NCBI RefSeq assembly: GCF_964213995.1
Contig: NC_135805.1
Span: 146,072,001-146,136,000, forward strand
Length of the DNA stretch: 64,000 bases
Direction: 5' to 3'
Source of the DNA: Mustelus asterias
Taxonomy: Eukaryota
Shown here: positions 24,595 through 36,774 of the stretch, piece after piece
Numbering within the stretch: the first letter of the stretch is position 1
Layout of the letters: each line of letters opens with the position of its first letter
Position numbers and translations under genes: made by a program
Notes under the pieces: model-generated
Told to the model about the DNA's origin: nothing
What the model saw: only the letters and a program-made list of their open reading frames with translations
Database searches by the model: none

Positions 24595-27168
24595 TGACAT
24601 ATTCCTGTGGGGGAGCAGTTCAGCAGTCACGGGCATCCAGCCTCTTATCTTCGGGTAAGCGTTCTCCAAGGCGGCCTTCACAACACACGACAGCGCAGTT
24701 AGAACATAGAACATAGAACATTACAGCGCAGAACAGGCCCTTCGGCCCACGATGTTGCACCGACCAGTTAAAAAATAAATAAATAAAAAAAAACTGTGAC
24801 CCTCCAACCTAAACCAATTTCTTTTCGTCCATGAACCTATCTACGGATCTCTTAAACGCCCCCAAACTAGGCGCATTTACTACTGATGCTGGCAGGGCAT
24901 TCCAATCCCTCACCACCCTCTGGGTAAAGAACCTACCCCTGACATCGGTTCTATAACTACCCCCCCTCAATTTAAAGCCATGCCCCCTCGTGCTGGATTT
25001 CTCCATCAGAGGAAAAAGGCTATCACTATCCACCCTATCTAAACCTCTAATCATCTTATATGTTTCAATAAGATCCCCTCTTAGCCGCCGCCTTTCCAGC
25101 GAAAACAATCCCAAATCCCTCAGCCTCTCCTCATAGGATCTCCCCTCCATACCAGGCAACATCCTGGTAAACCTCCTCTGCACCCTCTCCAAAGCCTCCA
25201 CATCCTTCCTGTAATGTGGGGACCAGAACTGCACACAGTACTCCAAGTGCGGCCGCACCAGAGTTGTGTACAGTTGCAACATAACGCTACGACTCCTAAA
25301 TTCAATCCCCCTACCAATAAACGCCAAGACACCATATGCCTTCTTAACAACCTTATCTACTTGATTCCCAACTTTCAGGGATCTATGCACACATACACCT
25401 AGATCCCTCTGCTCCTCCACACTATTCAAAGTCCTCCCGTTAGCCCTATACTCAACACATCTGTTATTCCTACCAAAGTGAATTACCTCACACTTCTCCG
25501 CATTAAACTCCATCCGCCACCTCTCGGCCCAACTTTGCAACCTGTCTAAGTCTTCCTGCAAACTACGACACCCTTCCTCACTGTCTACCACACCACCGAC
25601 TTTGGTGTCATCAGCAAAATTTGCTAATCCACCCAACTATACCCTCATCCAGATCATTAATAAATATTACAAACAGCAGTGGCCCCAAAACAGATCCCTG
25701 AGGTACACCACTTGTAACCGCACTCCATGATGAATATTTACTATCAACCACCACCCTCTGTTTCCTATCCGCTAGCCAATTCCTGATCCAATTTCCTAGA
25801 TCACCCCCAATCCCATACATCTGCATTTTCTGCAGAAGCCTACCATGGTGAACCTTATCAAACGCCTTACTAAAATCCATATATACCACGTCCACTGCCT
25901 TGCCCCCATCCACCTCCTTGGTCACTTTCTCAAAAAACTCAATAAGGTTAGTAAGGCACGACCTACCTGCCACAAAACCATGCTGACTATCACCTATCAA
26001 TTCATTACTCTCCAAATAACTATAAATCCTATCCCTTATAATTTTTTCCAACATCTTGCCGACAACAGAAGTGAGACTCACCGGTCTATAATTCCCGGGG
26101 AAGTCTCTGTTCCCCTTCTTAAACAATGGGACAACATTCGCTAACCTCCAATCTTCTGGTACTATACCAGAGGCCAACGACGACCTGAAGATCAGAGCCA
26201 GAGGCTCTGCAATCACTTCTCTTGCCTCCCAGAGAATCCTTGGATAAATCCCATCCGGACCAGGGGATTTATCTATTTTCAGACCCTCCAGAATATCCTG
26301 CACATCCTCCTTATCAACTGTAATACTGTCTATTCTACTCCCTTGCAACCCAGTGTCCTCCTCAGCTATATTCATGTCCCCTTGCGTGAACACCGAAGAG
26401 AAATATTGGTTCAATGCTTCACCAATCTCCTCCGGTTCCACACATAACTTCCCTCTGCCATCTATAACTGGCCCTAAACTTGCCCTAACCAACCTTCTGT
26501 TCTTGACATACCTATAGAACGCCTTAGGATTCTCTTTAACCCTATCCGCCAAAGTCTTCTCATGTCCCCTTTTAGCCCTTCTAAGCTCGCTCTTCAACTC
26601 CCTCTTAGCCAATCTAAAGCTTTCTAGTGCACTACCCGAGTGCTCACGTCTCATCCGAACATAAGCCTCCTTTTTCTTTTTAACCAACAAAGAAACTTTT
26701 TTGGTGCACCACGGTTCCCTAGCCCTACCAATTCCTCCTTGCCTGACAGGGACATACCTATCACAGACTCGCAGTAGCTGCTCCTTGAAAAAACTCCACA
26801 TGCTGAGCAGAAACTGATAGCCAAGTTCCACACACATGAGGGCAGCCTAAACCGGGATGTTGGATTTATGTCACATTATAAGTAACCCCCACAGCTTGCC
26901 TCCTGGACTTGCGGGCTCTCCTGTCTGGAGACAATACACATCTCTTTAACCTGTGCTTAATGCTCCCTCCACTCACATTGTCTGTATCTTTAAGACCTGG
27001 TTGGCTGTCGAGATTCGCATTCTAATCAGTATTCTGTAACTTGATTTTGTGTCTCTGTGCCCTGTTTGAGAGCACATTTCCAGTCCATCTGACGAAGGAG
27101 CAGCGCTCCAAAAGCTAATGGTATTTGCTCCCAAATAAACCTGTTGGACTTTAACCTGGTGTTGTTAA
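24595..27168 (+). mobile_element. Penelope-like 3' fragment split by a CR1 insertion
   Basis: GIY-YIG C-terminal coding (..RVSVLQGGLHNTRQR) stops at about 24699 and resumes at about 26802 ([27 protein letters not shown]). It ends in the pLTR with a mutated hammerhead at 27085-27121 (GAAA to AAAA). Confidence 0.85.
24700..26802 (-). mobile_element. Young 5'-truncated CR1 LINE (RT), single frameshift
   Basis: ORFs 25611-26837 and 24809-25636 join at KF/ADD. (TTCTATG)n-type tail at about 24700-24720. Confidence 0.96.
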
Positions 27169-27317
27169 AAGTCTAGTTTGTTGTGTAACAGGATTGTCAC
27201 AGGCATAATGCAGAATGGTCCGATTCCTAAAGAGATGATAAAGCTGCATGAAATTCGAGATGGAGAAACAGCCCGCTGCTGTATTGAGGTCAGGGCTCTC
27301 AATGTGAGGATTTGGGC

Positions 27318-27333
27318 GGCCCTGAAAAGAGCC
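27318..27333 (-). terminator. Histone 3' stem-loop (H4 copy A) with one U-G wobble
   Basis: Reverse complement GGCTCTTTTCAGGGCC-GCCCA. Confidence 0.9.
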
Positions 27334-27366
27334 TTTGAGTTTTGTGTGAGAATTGGGTGGATTTGT

Positions 27367-27687
<321 letters not shown>

Positions 27688-28436
27688 TCAGTCAAATCGC
27701 TGCTGAATGAGAGAGGAGCAGCTGCAGCTTCCTTTATTATACAGCTCGCCCCGACCTGACTGAGAAAGCGAGAGAGAGAGAGAGAGAGGCGGGGCGGGAA
27801 GGAGACTGAGAGACAGAGCAGTGAAATGTCTTTCACCATCCAGCTCCTCCTCCTGCCGGCTCGAACCGACATTTCTGATTCAAATTCAAACAGAAGTGAA
27901 AAGAGCGCGAGGAACAAAACGTACAAACTGGAATATCAGATACAAGCTAGTTAGGAACCCGATCTATTCAATCCAGACTTGTCAGTAACATTCCGCCTCA
28001 GTGCAATCCTTTCTATAACCAGTCGAACTGCCTCCTCCCATTTCAGTCCCAGCTCCGACTCCATTCCCGACAACTCCTCTCCCAGACGGGTTCAGAATTT
28101 TATTCAGATCTCTCCCAGCTGATAAAATGTGTTTGTGGTTTGAATTGTGAGGTGGGCTTTCTCCGCCAGGATTCCTCTTTTACACCCACACCCTGAATCT
28201 GTGAATAAACAAACTAACACAAAGTGTGAGTGTTCCCCTGGAGCCATTCCCGGGTTAGGGAGAGGCAGCAACATCCCTGTGTTTGAGTGCAGAGTGTGAG
28301 GGGGGTCCGGGTCTAGAACATGTCAGCGAGTGAGCGGGAATACTGGATTGACATTTCTATCTGAAATCTGCTCCCAGCGCCGGGACAGCGATTCATTGAC
28401 CGCGGGGAGTTCAGCTCATTCCTGAGAGAGGTGGGT

Positions 28437-28452
28437 GGCTCTGAGAAGAGCC
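28437..28452 (-). terminator. Histone 3' stem-loop (H1)
   Basis: Reverse complement GGCTCTTCTCAGAGCC-ACCCA. Confidence 0.93.
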
Positions 28453-28488
28453 TTTGGGTTTAGAGGTTTAGGATTTGCTCGGCGTATT

Positions 28489-29124
28489 TCACTTCTTTCC
28501 TGCTTTCTTAGATTTTGCTGCAGCCGCTTTGGGTTTGGCCTTTGATGTCTTTCCCTTCGCGACCTTCTTCACAACAATCTTTTTCTTGGGTGTCACTTTC
28601 TTCACGCTCTTTTTTGGTGTTGTCGCCTTCTTGGTTGTTTTCTTGACTGTTTTCTTGGCTGCTGGTTTCTTGGCTGCTGGTTTCTTGGCTGCTGGTTTCT
28701 TTGTTGCTGGTTTCTTTGTTGCTTTCTTGGCCACCGCTTTCTTCACTGGGGTTTTCCTGGCCGCTCCTAACTTTACCTTCTTTACAGTTTTCCGCTCTGC
28801 TGTTTTCTGAGCGATTCTGTAGGAGCCGGAGGCGCCAGTACCACGGAGCTGAATCAGCTTTCCATTTTCCACATTCCTCCTTAAACTTTGCCTGATCAGA
28901 GCCACCCGTTTCTCCACATTCACCCCTTTGCTCCGCAGCTCCTTCTTGATGGCGGCAGCGGAGATCCCCGTGCGATCCTTGCTTTCCGCCACGATCTGGA
29001 GGATCAGATCGCCCAGACTGGGACCTGTTGCTTTCTTCCGGGGAGCCGCTGCCTTCTTCTTCTTGGCTGTCTTGCCTGTGGCGGCGGCTGGAGGAGCCGT
29101 TTCGGCGGCTGCACTGTCGCTCAT
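28489..29124 (-). CDS. H1: Linker histone H1, 211 aa
   Basis: ATG at 29124 (MSDSAAAETAPP). Globular domain with GTGASGSY, a K/A/P-rich tail with TPVK and TPKK sites, and a stem-loop. Confidence 0.95.
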   Translation of the reverse strand: MSDSAAAETAPPAAATGKTAKKKKAAAPRKKATGPSLGDLILQIVAESKDRTGISAAAIKKELRSKGVNVEKRVALIRQSLRRNVENGKLIQLRGTGASGSYRIAQKTAERKTVKKVKLGAARKTPVKKAVAKKATKKPATKKPAAKKPAAKKPAAKKTVKKTTKKATTPKKSVKKVTPKKKIVVKKVAKGKTSKAKPKAAAAKSKKAGKK

Positions 29125-29203
29125 GTCCGGAACTCTACACCAAATCTCTCCGTCAATGTGAACTGGATGAGAAATGAAGCGTCTGGAGGCGGCACTGAGC
29201 AAC

Positions 29204-29276
29204 TTAAAGGCAGCGAGCGGACGGGGCGGAGACAAGCTGCTGTCAGCTCCAGGCTGCTGCTGCCTTCTCTGTGTTT
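29204..29276 (-). promoter_or_regulatory. H1 promoter: H1 (AC) box AAACACA, GC box and TATA-like TTTAA
   Basis: TGTGTTT at 29270-29276 (+), GGGGCGG at about 29223-29229 and TTAAA at 29204-29208. Confidence 0.75.
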
Positions 29277-29983
29277 CTCTCTTGTCCCAAACTCTCAATT
29301 TCCACTCAAATCCCGACTCCACTCTGTCCCACGTTCAATCCTCACTGTGTCTGACATCCTAATGTCTGTTGTAGAAAAGATTTCACCCGGAGTGAAGGCT
29401 GCATTTGGGATTAAATCCCGTTTCGCTGCTGTACTGTTCGCGCTCTCTCACCCCATCGCTGTCATCTTCCTCACTTTTCGACTGAAATTTGGAAACCGAC
29501 ATAGAAATTGCATTGAAATCTAACTTTGAGAAGTAGGAGGGATACAGGGGGAGAATTTGATTGAAAAATATTTTTATTTTACGCAAGAATGATGCGGAGA
29601 TCTCATGATCTGAACGGACACACAAACACAGTGATGTTCTCCTGTTTCCCCCGCCCCTATCACACACTCTCTCCTGCACAATATTCACATCTACACAATC
29701 CCAGGCTAAAATGATTTTGCAATTCAAACTTCCCAGGGCATATTGTCGCTTTCTTCCACACTTATCCCACGTTATGTTGGTTAATCGTAAATTCTCCATT
29801 CACTTTGTTCATCTCTCTGTATTTTCTGCCCCCATATTGTATGTTAACCTCACTCCCCAGCAACAGCCAATCAGATGTGTTTTCATAAAATTACATTGAT
29901 TGTGCACCTTTCTTCAAGGTGAAAATGCAAATGATCTCTTCACTAAACCTTGAGTTTATCCTCTTGCACTGCTCAGCAACACA

Positions 29984-30143
29984 GATGTGGAGATGCCGGC
30001 GTTGGACAGGGGTAAACACAGTAAGAAGTCTCACAACACCAGGTTAAAGTCCCTGGTGAAGGGGCAGTGCTCCAAAAGCGAGTGGCTTTTGCTGCCAAAT
30101 AAACCTGTTGGACTTTAACCTGGTGTTGTGAGAATTCTTACTG
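29984..30143. mobile_element. Fold-back Penelope terminus remnant with a degenerate hammerhead
   Basis: GTAAGAAGTCTCACAACACCAGGTTAAAGTCC and its inverted copy about 60 bp downstream. Confidence 0.75.
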
Positions 30144-30340
30144 CAGTAACACAGAAACAGAGAGTGAGAGATGGGAAGAAATAGGCAGAGAGAGACATAG
30201 AGAGTCACACTGAGATTGGCGGCACAGTGACACAGAAAGCGAAGTAGATTGAGAGAGATAGAATTTGAGAGAGACATCCAAAGACAGATAAAATGAATGA
30301 GAGACACACAGAATTTGAGACAGAGCGAGCGAGAGAGAGA

Positions 30341-31867
30341 AAGAACAAAGAACAAAGAACAATACAGGACAGGAACAGGCCCTTCGGCCCTCCAAACCTG
30401 CGCCGCTCATAGAACATAGAACATAGAAAAAATACAGCACAAACAGGCCCTTCGGCCCACAAGTTGCGCCGGTCATGTCCCTACCTACCTAGGCTTACAT
30501 ACAGGCTTACCTATCACCCTCAATCCTATTCAGTCCCATACTCATCCAGAAGTCTCTTAAAAGACCCTATTGAGTTTGCCTCCACCACCACTGACGGCAG
30601 CCGATTCCACTCACCCACCATCCTCAGAGTGAAAGACTTACCCCTGACATCTCCTCCGTACCTACTCCCCAGCACCTTAAACCTGTGTCCTCTCGTTGCA
30701 GCCATTTCAGCCCTGGGAAAAAGCCTCCCATAATCCACCCGATATATACCTCTCAACATCTTGTACACCTCTATCAGGTCACCTCTCATCCTTCGTCTCT
30801 CCAAGGAGAAAAGACCAAGCTCCCTCAACCTATCCTCATAAGGCATGCCAACCAATCCAGGCAACATCCTTGTAAATCTTCTCTGCACCCTTTCAATCAT
30901 TTCCACATCTCTCCTGTAATGAGGTGACCAGAACTGAGCACAGTACTCCAAGTGGGGTCTGATGAGGGTCTTATAAAGCTGCAGCATTATCTCCCGACTC
31001 CTAAACTCAATCCCTCGATTGATGAAGGCCAGCACACCATACGCCTTCTTAACCACCTCCTCTACCTGCGAGGCCGATTTAAGAGTCCTATGGACCCGGA
31101 CCCCGAGGTCCTTCTGATCCTCTGCACTGCAAAGAGTCTTACCCTTGATATTATACTCCTTCATCCCATTTGACCTGCCAAAATGGTCCACGACACATTT
31201 ATCCTGCTTGAAGTCCACCTGCACAGTCTTGCATCCTATCTATGTCACGCTGCAGCTTCTGACATGCCTCCAACCTATCCACAACACCACCAACCTTCGT
31301 GTCGTCGGCAAACTTACCAACCCATCCCTCCACTTCCTCATCCAGGTCATTTATGAAAATGACAAACAGCAAGGGTCCCAGAACAGATCCCTGGGGCACA
31401 TGTGCCCACTAGACCATTCTTTTGGATCCCTCTATTCCCAGTCTGTTCATGTGGCTATCTAGATAAGTCTTAAATGATCCCAGCATGTCCACCTCAATCA
31501 CCTTGCTTGGCAGTGCATTCCAGGCCCCCACCACCCTCTGTGTAAAATACGTCCCCCTGACATCTGTGTTGAACCTTGCCCCCTCACCTTGAACCCGTGA
31601 CCCCTTGTGTTTGTCACCTCCGACCTGGGAAAAAGCTTCCCACTGTTCACCCTATCTATGCCCTTCATAATTTTAGACACCTCTATTAGGTCGCCCCTCA
31701 TCCTCCGTCTTTCCAGGGAGAACAACCTCAGTTTAATCAATCTCTCCTCATAGCTAAGACCCTCCAGACCAGGCAACATCCTGGTAAACCTTCTCTGTAC
31801 TCTCTACAAAGCTTCCACGTCCTTCTGGTAGTGCAGCGACCAGAACTGGATGCAGCATTCCAAATGT
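30341..31867 (-). mobile_element. Nested CR1s: an outer 3' fragment interrupted by an inner CR1 at 30411-31398
   Basis: Two different tails (AAAGAAC and ATAGAAC repeats on +). CAT is duplicated at 30408-30410 and 31399-31401. ORFs 30526-31224, 31199-31399 and 31498-31779. Confidence 0.9.
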
Positions 31868-32084
31868 AGAAGAAAAGATTCAATACTGCAGTACCCAGCT
31901 TTGTGTCAATATCAGAGTGAAGAACAATATTACACTAACACATGCATTAGCAGATGATGTGAGATGCGGTATGAATACAGCATTAGAATACATAGATATC
32001 ACAATCCAAAACTGTGCCAAAAGCATATATACATCCTCAAAGGGAAATAGAATTGCTTTGGAAATAGAACAGATTAGAGAAGGT

Positions 32085-33608
32085 TGTAAAACAGGGGACT
32101 GTGTATACCAGAGGATGTTTAAAACCAGAGACTGTGTAACATTAAGTGAGTTTGTGAAACCAGGGAAGTGCATATACCAGTGGCGTGAAGCAGGGAATTG
32201 TAAAGTGGGGGAACATGTATACCTGGGGATATGTGCACACCAGGACAGTGAGTAAGAGGAGAGAGTGTGTAAACCAGAGGATTATGTGCAAGGAGGGAAG
32301 AGTATGAACCAGGGAAGTGTTAAATCCAAGGGTATGTGTCAATGCGGGAAGTGTGCAAACCAGGGGAGAGTATAAACAGGGAGAGTGTGCAAACCAGAGG
32401 AGTGTGTAAACTCTGGGAGTGTGCAAACCAGGGGAGTGTGTAAAAAAGGGGAGTGTGTGTGAACCAGACGAGTTTATAGACAGAGGGAGTGTGTAAACCA
32501 GGGGTGTGTGTAAACCAGGGGAGTGTGTAAAGCAGGGGTGTGTGTAAACCAGGGGAGTGTGTAAACCAGGGCAGTGTGTAAACCAGGGGTGTGTGTAAAC
32601 CAGGGGAGTGTGTAAACCAGGGGAGTGTGTAAACCAGGGGAGTGTGTAAACCAGGGGAGTGTGTAAACCAGGGGAGTGTGTAAACCAGGGGAGTGTGTAA
32701 ACCAGGGGAGTGTGTAAACCAGGGGAGTGTGTAAACCAGGGGTGTGAGTAAACCAGGGGTGTGTGTAAACCAGGGGAGTGTGTAAACCAGGGGTGTGAGT
32801 AAACCAGGGGAGTGTGTAAACCAGGGGAGTGTGTAAACCAGGGGAGTGTGTAAACCAGGGGAGTGTGTAAACCAGGGGAGTGTGTAAACCAGGGGAGTGT
32901 GTAAACCAGGGGAGTGTGTAAACCAGGGGAGTGTGTAAACCAGGGGTGTGTGTAAACCAGGGGAGTGTGTAAACCAGGGGAGTGTGTAAACCAGGGGAGT
33001 GTGTAAACCAGGGGAGTGTGTAAACCAGGGGTGTGTGTAAACCAGGGGTGTGTGTAAACCAGGGGTGTGTGTAAACCAGGGGAGTGTGTAAACCAGGGGT
33101 GTGAGTAAACCAGGGGAGTGTGTAAACCAGGGGAGTGTGTAAACCAGGGGAGTGTGTAAACCAGGGCAGTGTGTAAACCAGGGGAGTGTGTAAACCAGGG
33201 GTGTGAGTAAACCAGGGGTGTGGGTAAACCAGGGGAGTGTGTAAACCAGGGGAGTGTGTAAACCAGGGGAGTGTGTAAATTAGGGGAGTGTGTAAACCAG
33301 GGGTGTGAGTAAACCAGGGGTGTGGGTAAACCAGGGGAGTGTGTAAACCAGGGGAGTGTGCAAACCAGGGGTGTGTGTAAACCAGGGGTGTGTGTAAACC
33401 AGGGGAGTGTGTAAACCAGGGGAGTGTGTAAACCAGGGGAGTGTGTAAACCAGGGGTGTGTGTAAACCAGGGGAGTGTGTAAACCAGGGGAGTGTCTAAA
33501 CCAGGGGAGTGTCTAAACCAGGGGAGCGTGTAAACCAGGGGTGTGTGTAAACCAGGGGAGCGTGTAAACCAGGGGTGTGTGTATACCAGGGGAGCGTGTG
33601 AACCAAGG
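32085..33608. repeat. Second 17-bp satellite array (degenerate to about 32485, then homogeneous)
   Basis: Same GTGTGTAAACCAGGGGA unit and orientation as 1-5788. Confidence 0.98.
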
Positions 33609-33732
33609 TGATTTACCTATTCATTCAATTTACAATTGGAAAAGGGTGAAAATTCAGTCAAATAATAAAGTTCTAGTTTGCAGAATCTCTGGATTTGACG
33701 GGATGGGTCACAGTGTGATAACAAACACACTG

Positions 33733-34045
33733 TGGTTGGCACAGTGGTTAACACTGCCGCCTCACAGCGCCAGGGACCTGGATTCAATTCCTGGCTTGGG
33801 TCACTGTCTGTGTGGAGTTTGCGCTTTCTCCCCATCTCTGTGTGGATTTCCCCCAGGTGCTCCGGTTTCCTCCCACAGTCCACTGATGTGCAGGTTAGGT
33901 GAATTGGCCATGCTGAGTTGTCCCTCAGTGCTAGCCGAACAGGCACCAGACTGTGGAGACGAGGGGATTTTCACAGTAACTTCATTGTAGTGTGAATGTA
34001 AGCCTCCTTGTGACTAATAAATAAACCTTACTTTAAATAAACTTT
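33733..34045 (+). mobile_element. V-SINE (paralog of 7459-7765)
   Basis: tRNA-like head, V core and the same tail. Confidence 0.8.
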
Positions 34046-34229
34046 ACATTAACAAGCTACAGGGAATGACTGCAAATTGAATATCTAATTGGGACAAACA
34101 CAGAGCTTCAATCGCTATAGCTTCACTCAGCCTCTCCACCGAGCACTCCCCCCACACACCAGGACAACAGGGGTTTGAAGCTTTTGCTCTGTGTGTCTGA
34201 TGAGAGGGAAATGGGGAAAATTCCCATTG

Positions 34230-34427
34230 ATTTCCGGAAGCTGAGTACGGGGCGAGATCTGCGCGTGCGCAGTCTTTGCCCCGCCCCTTCCAGACGTCAC
34301 ATTGAGGTTCAGCGCGCATGTGCAGCCTCTGTCTCCCCCACACTGCCCAGTGTCACTCAGTGAGGGGAGTGGGCTTCCCTTCAGCAGCTTTGGGAGACAT
34401 CAGCGTTCCCACAAGAAAGAGGTGAGT
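34230..34427 (+). promoter_or_regulatory. CpG-type promoter with a candidate first exon and splice donor
   Basis: CCGGAAG at 34234, TGCGCGTGCGCA at 34260, GCCCCGCCCC at 34278, GACGTCA at 34293, GCGCATGTGCA at 34314 and GAG|GTGAGT at 34421/34422. Confidence 0.6.
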
Positions 34428-36774
34428 CTGTGTTAAGGTGAGGCCAGTGCAGCCTCCATGGAATTCAGATCAAAAAGGTAGGAGACATGGGGTACTGGGC
34501 AGTTTGGATCCAAGATTGACTTCGGGCAGGAGGCAGAGGGTGATAGTCTGAGCTTGTTGCTATGACTCGAAGCCTGTGTTCAGTGGTGCACCACAGGGGT
34601 GGGTGTGGGATCCTTAGTTGTTTGTAGTGAACTTTAATGATCTGGACATGAATGGTGTTACGATGCGGAGGTCATGTTTCCCTCTGCGCAACTTTGGAAG
34701 CCCCTACCCCTCTCCCCCCACCCACCCCCCACCCGAAAAGGGATGTACTTCACCTCGTATTCTTAAGGAAGTGTGCGAGAGATGGTATGAAGCTACTGGT
34801 TTTGGTACCTTGAAGCAGGATCTGCCACACTCTATCATGAACAATTAACAGGTTTTTATTTTAGAACTGGGGACAAGCTTATTAAAATAATTAGCAAACT
34901 GAATAAATTCCCCAATAGAATGCTGTTCCAATTACAAGACTCATTCAGGACTAGTGCAGAATATAGTCACTCTCAAATAATATAATACTAGGCGTCAGTT
35001 GGAAGTATGAACTTTCTTCTGATGCTTTGGTCTGGAATGCTTTCTGAGTTGGTTTCTCCCAGTTAGATGGTGATTTGATGAAGCTATATATATTACTGCA
35101 GGATTTCATTTGAGAGACTCGCCGTTCCCTCCTTCAATCTAAAATGGTGGCAAGGTTGCTCTAACTGTCATCTCCCCTTGTCTGGGTTTAAATACCTGGA
35201 ATTACCCCACAGTATTCCTGTGACTTGAATGGCTTAAGGTTGTCAACAAACCTTACATTTGAATTCCATTGGTTCTGTGCCTCAGCGTGTTTGCCTTGAA
35301 CCCATTGGTTCAATTGAAAAGCTTGTTTTGCTTCGCTGGAACTCTGGCTGCTGCTTTGGATACAAGTGTTGCTTCTGCAGCCTGCTTCCTGCAGTTTAAA
35401 ATCCGAAGCATAAAGACACATGCTTTTTAAAGAGACAATGCTATATGATTTATTTTGGTTTTCTTAGCATTTCTTTTCAATATTTACATTTGTAAAATAC
35501 CACATTTTTAACCTTATATATCCAACTTCATAACAATGGGGGGGGCGGTGGAGATGCTATGATCAGTAATTTTACAAATGGTTTGAAACTTAGTGCAGCA
35601 GTCTTAGATTACAGGATGATATAGATGGGCTGGTCAGATGGGCAAAACAGTGGCAAGTGGAATTTAACCCTGAATTTTGAATAAATAATACACAATGAAT
35701 AGTAGAACGTTCGCACATACGGAAGACCAGAGGGACCTGTGGGTTCATGGTAGAAGATCCCAGAAGTGGATAAGTAAGCAAATGGAACACCTGCTTTTAT
35801 TTACTGAGGCATAGAATCCCTACAGTGCAGAAGGAAGCCATTCCGCCCATCTAGCCTACACTGGCAACAACCCCAGCCAGGCTCTATCCCTGTAACCCAA
35901 CACAAAGGGGCAATTTAGCATGGCCAATCAACCTAAACTGCACATCTTTGGACTGTGGGAGAAAGGCCATGTAGACACGGGGGGAACATACAAATTGCAC
36001 ACAGACAGTGACCCGAGACCAGAATTGAACCCGGGTCCATGCCATTGTCAGTAGTAGAATCCCTACAGTGCAGGGAGAGGTCATTGAGCCTATCGAGCCT
36101 GCACCGACAACAATCCCACCCAGGCCCTTTCCGCGTAACCCCATGTATTCATTCTGCAAATCTCCCTGACATTAAGGGTCAATTTAGCGTGGCCAATCCA
36201 CCAAACCTGCACATCTTTGGAATGTGGGAGGAAACCGGAGCACCCAAAGGAAACCCACGCAGATACGGTAAGAATGTGCAAACTCCACACAGATAGTGAC
36301 CCAAGGTCGGAATTGAACTCAGGTCCCTGGTGCTGTGATACTGCAGTGCGAGACACTGTGCCACCCAATGTACACATTGGGAGATTAGGGTGGAAGTGTA
36401 AAATGCTGGTTAGGTCACACCTAGAGTACTGTGCACAGTTTTGGTCACCACACTATGGGAAGGATGTAATTACAGCAGAAAATATTGTGAGGAGATTCAC
36501 CAGGAGATTGCCTATACTGGTGCATTTCTGCTGTGAAATTAGGTTGCTTTCCTTAGAGCAGAGAAGGCTGAACAGGGTAAAACTTCAAGGTGTGCAAAAT
36601 TATGAGGGACATACATAGGAGAGAGAGAAGGAATATTTTCCCTGAGTAGATGGGTCAATAATAAGTGTTAAAGATTTAAGTTAAGGAGAAGGTGATTCAG
36701 AGGGGATGGTAGAGAAAGTAAACCTCACAACATTTAAGAAGCATTTAGATAAGTACCTGAAATATCATAGCAAG

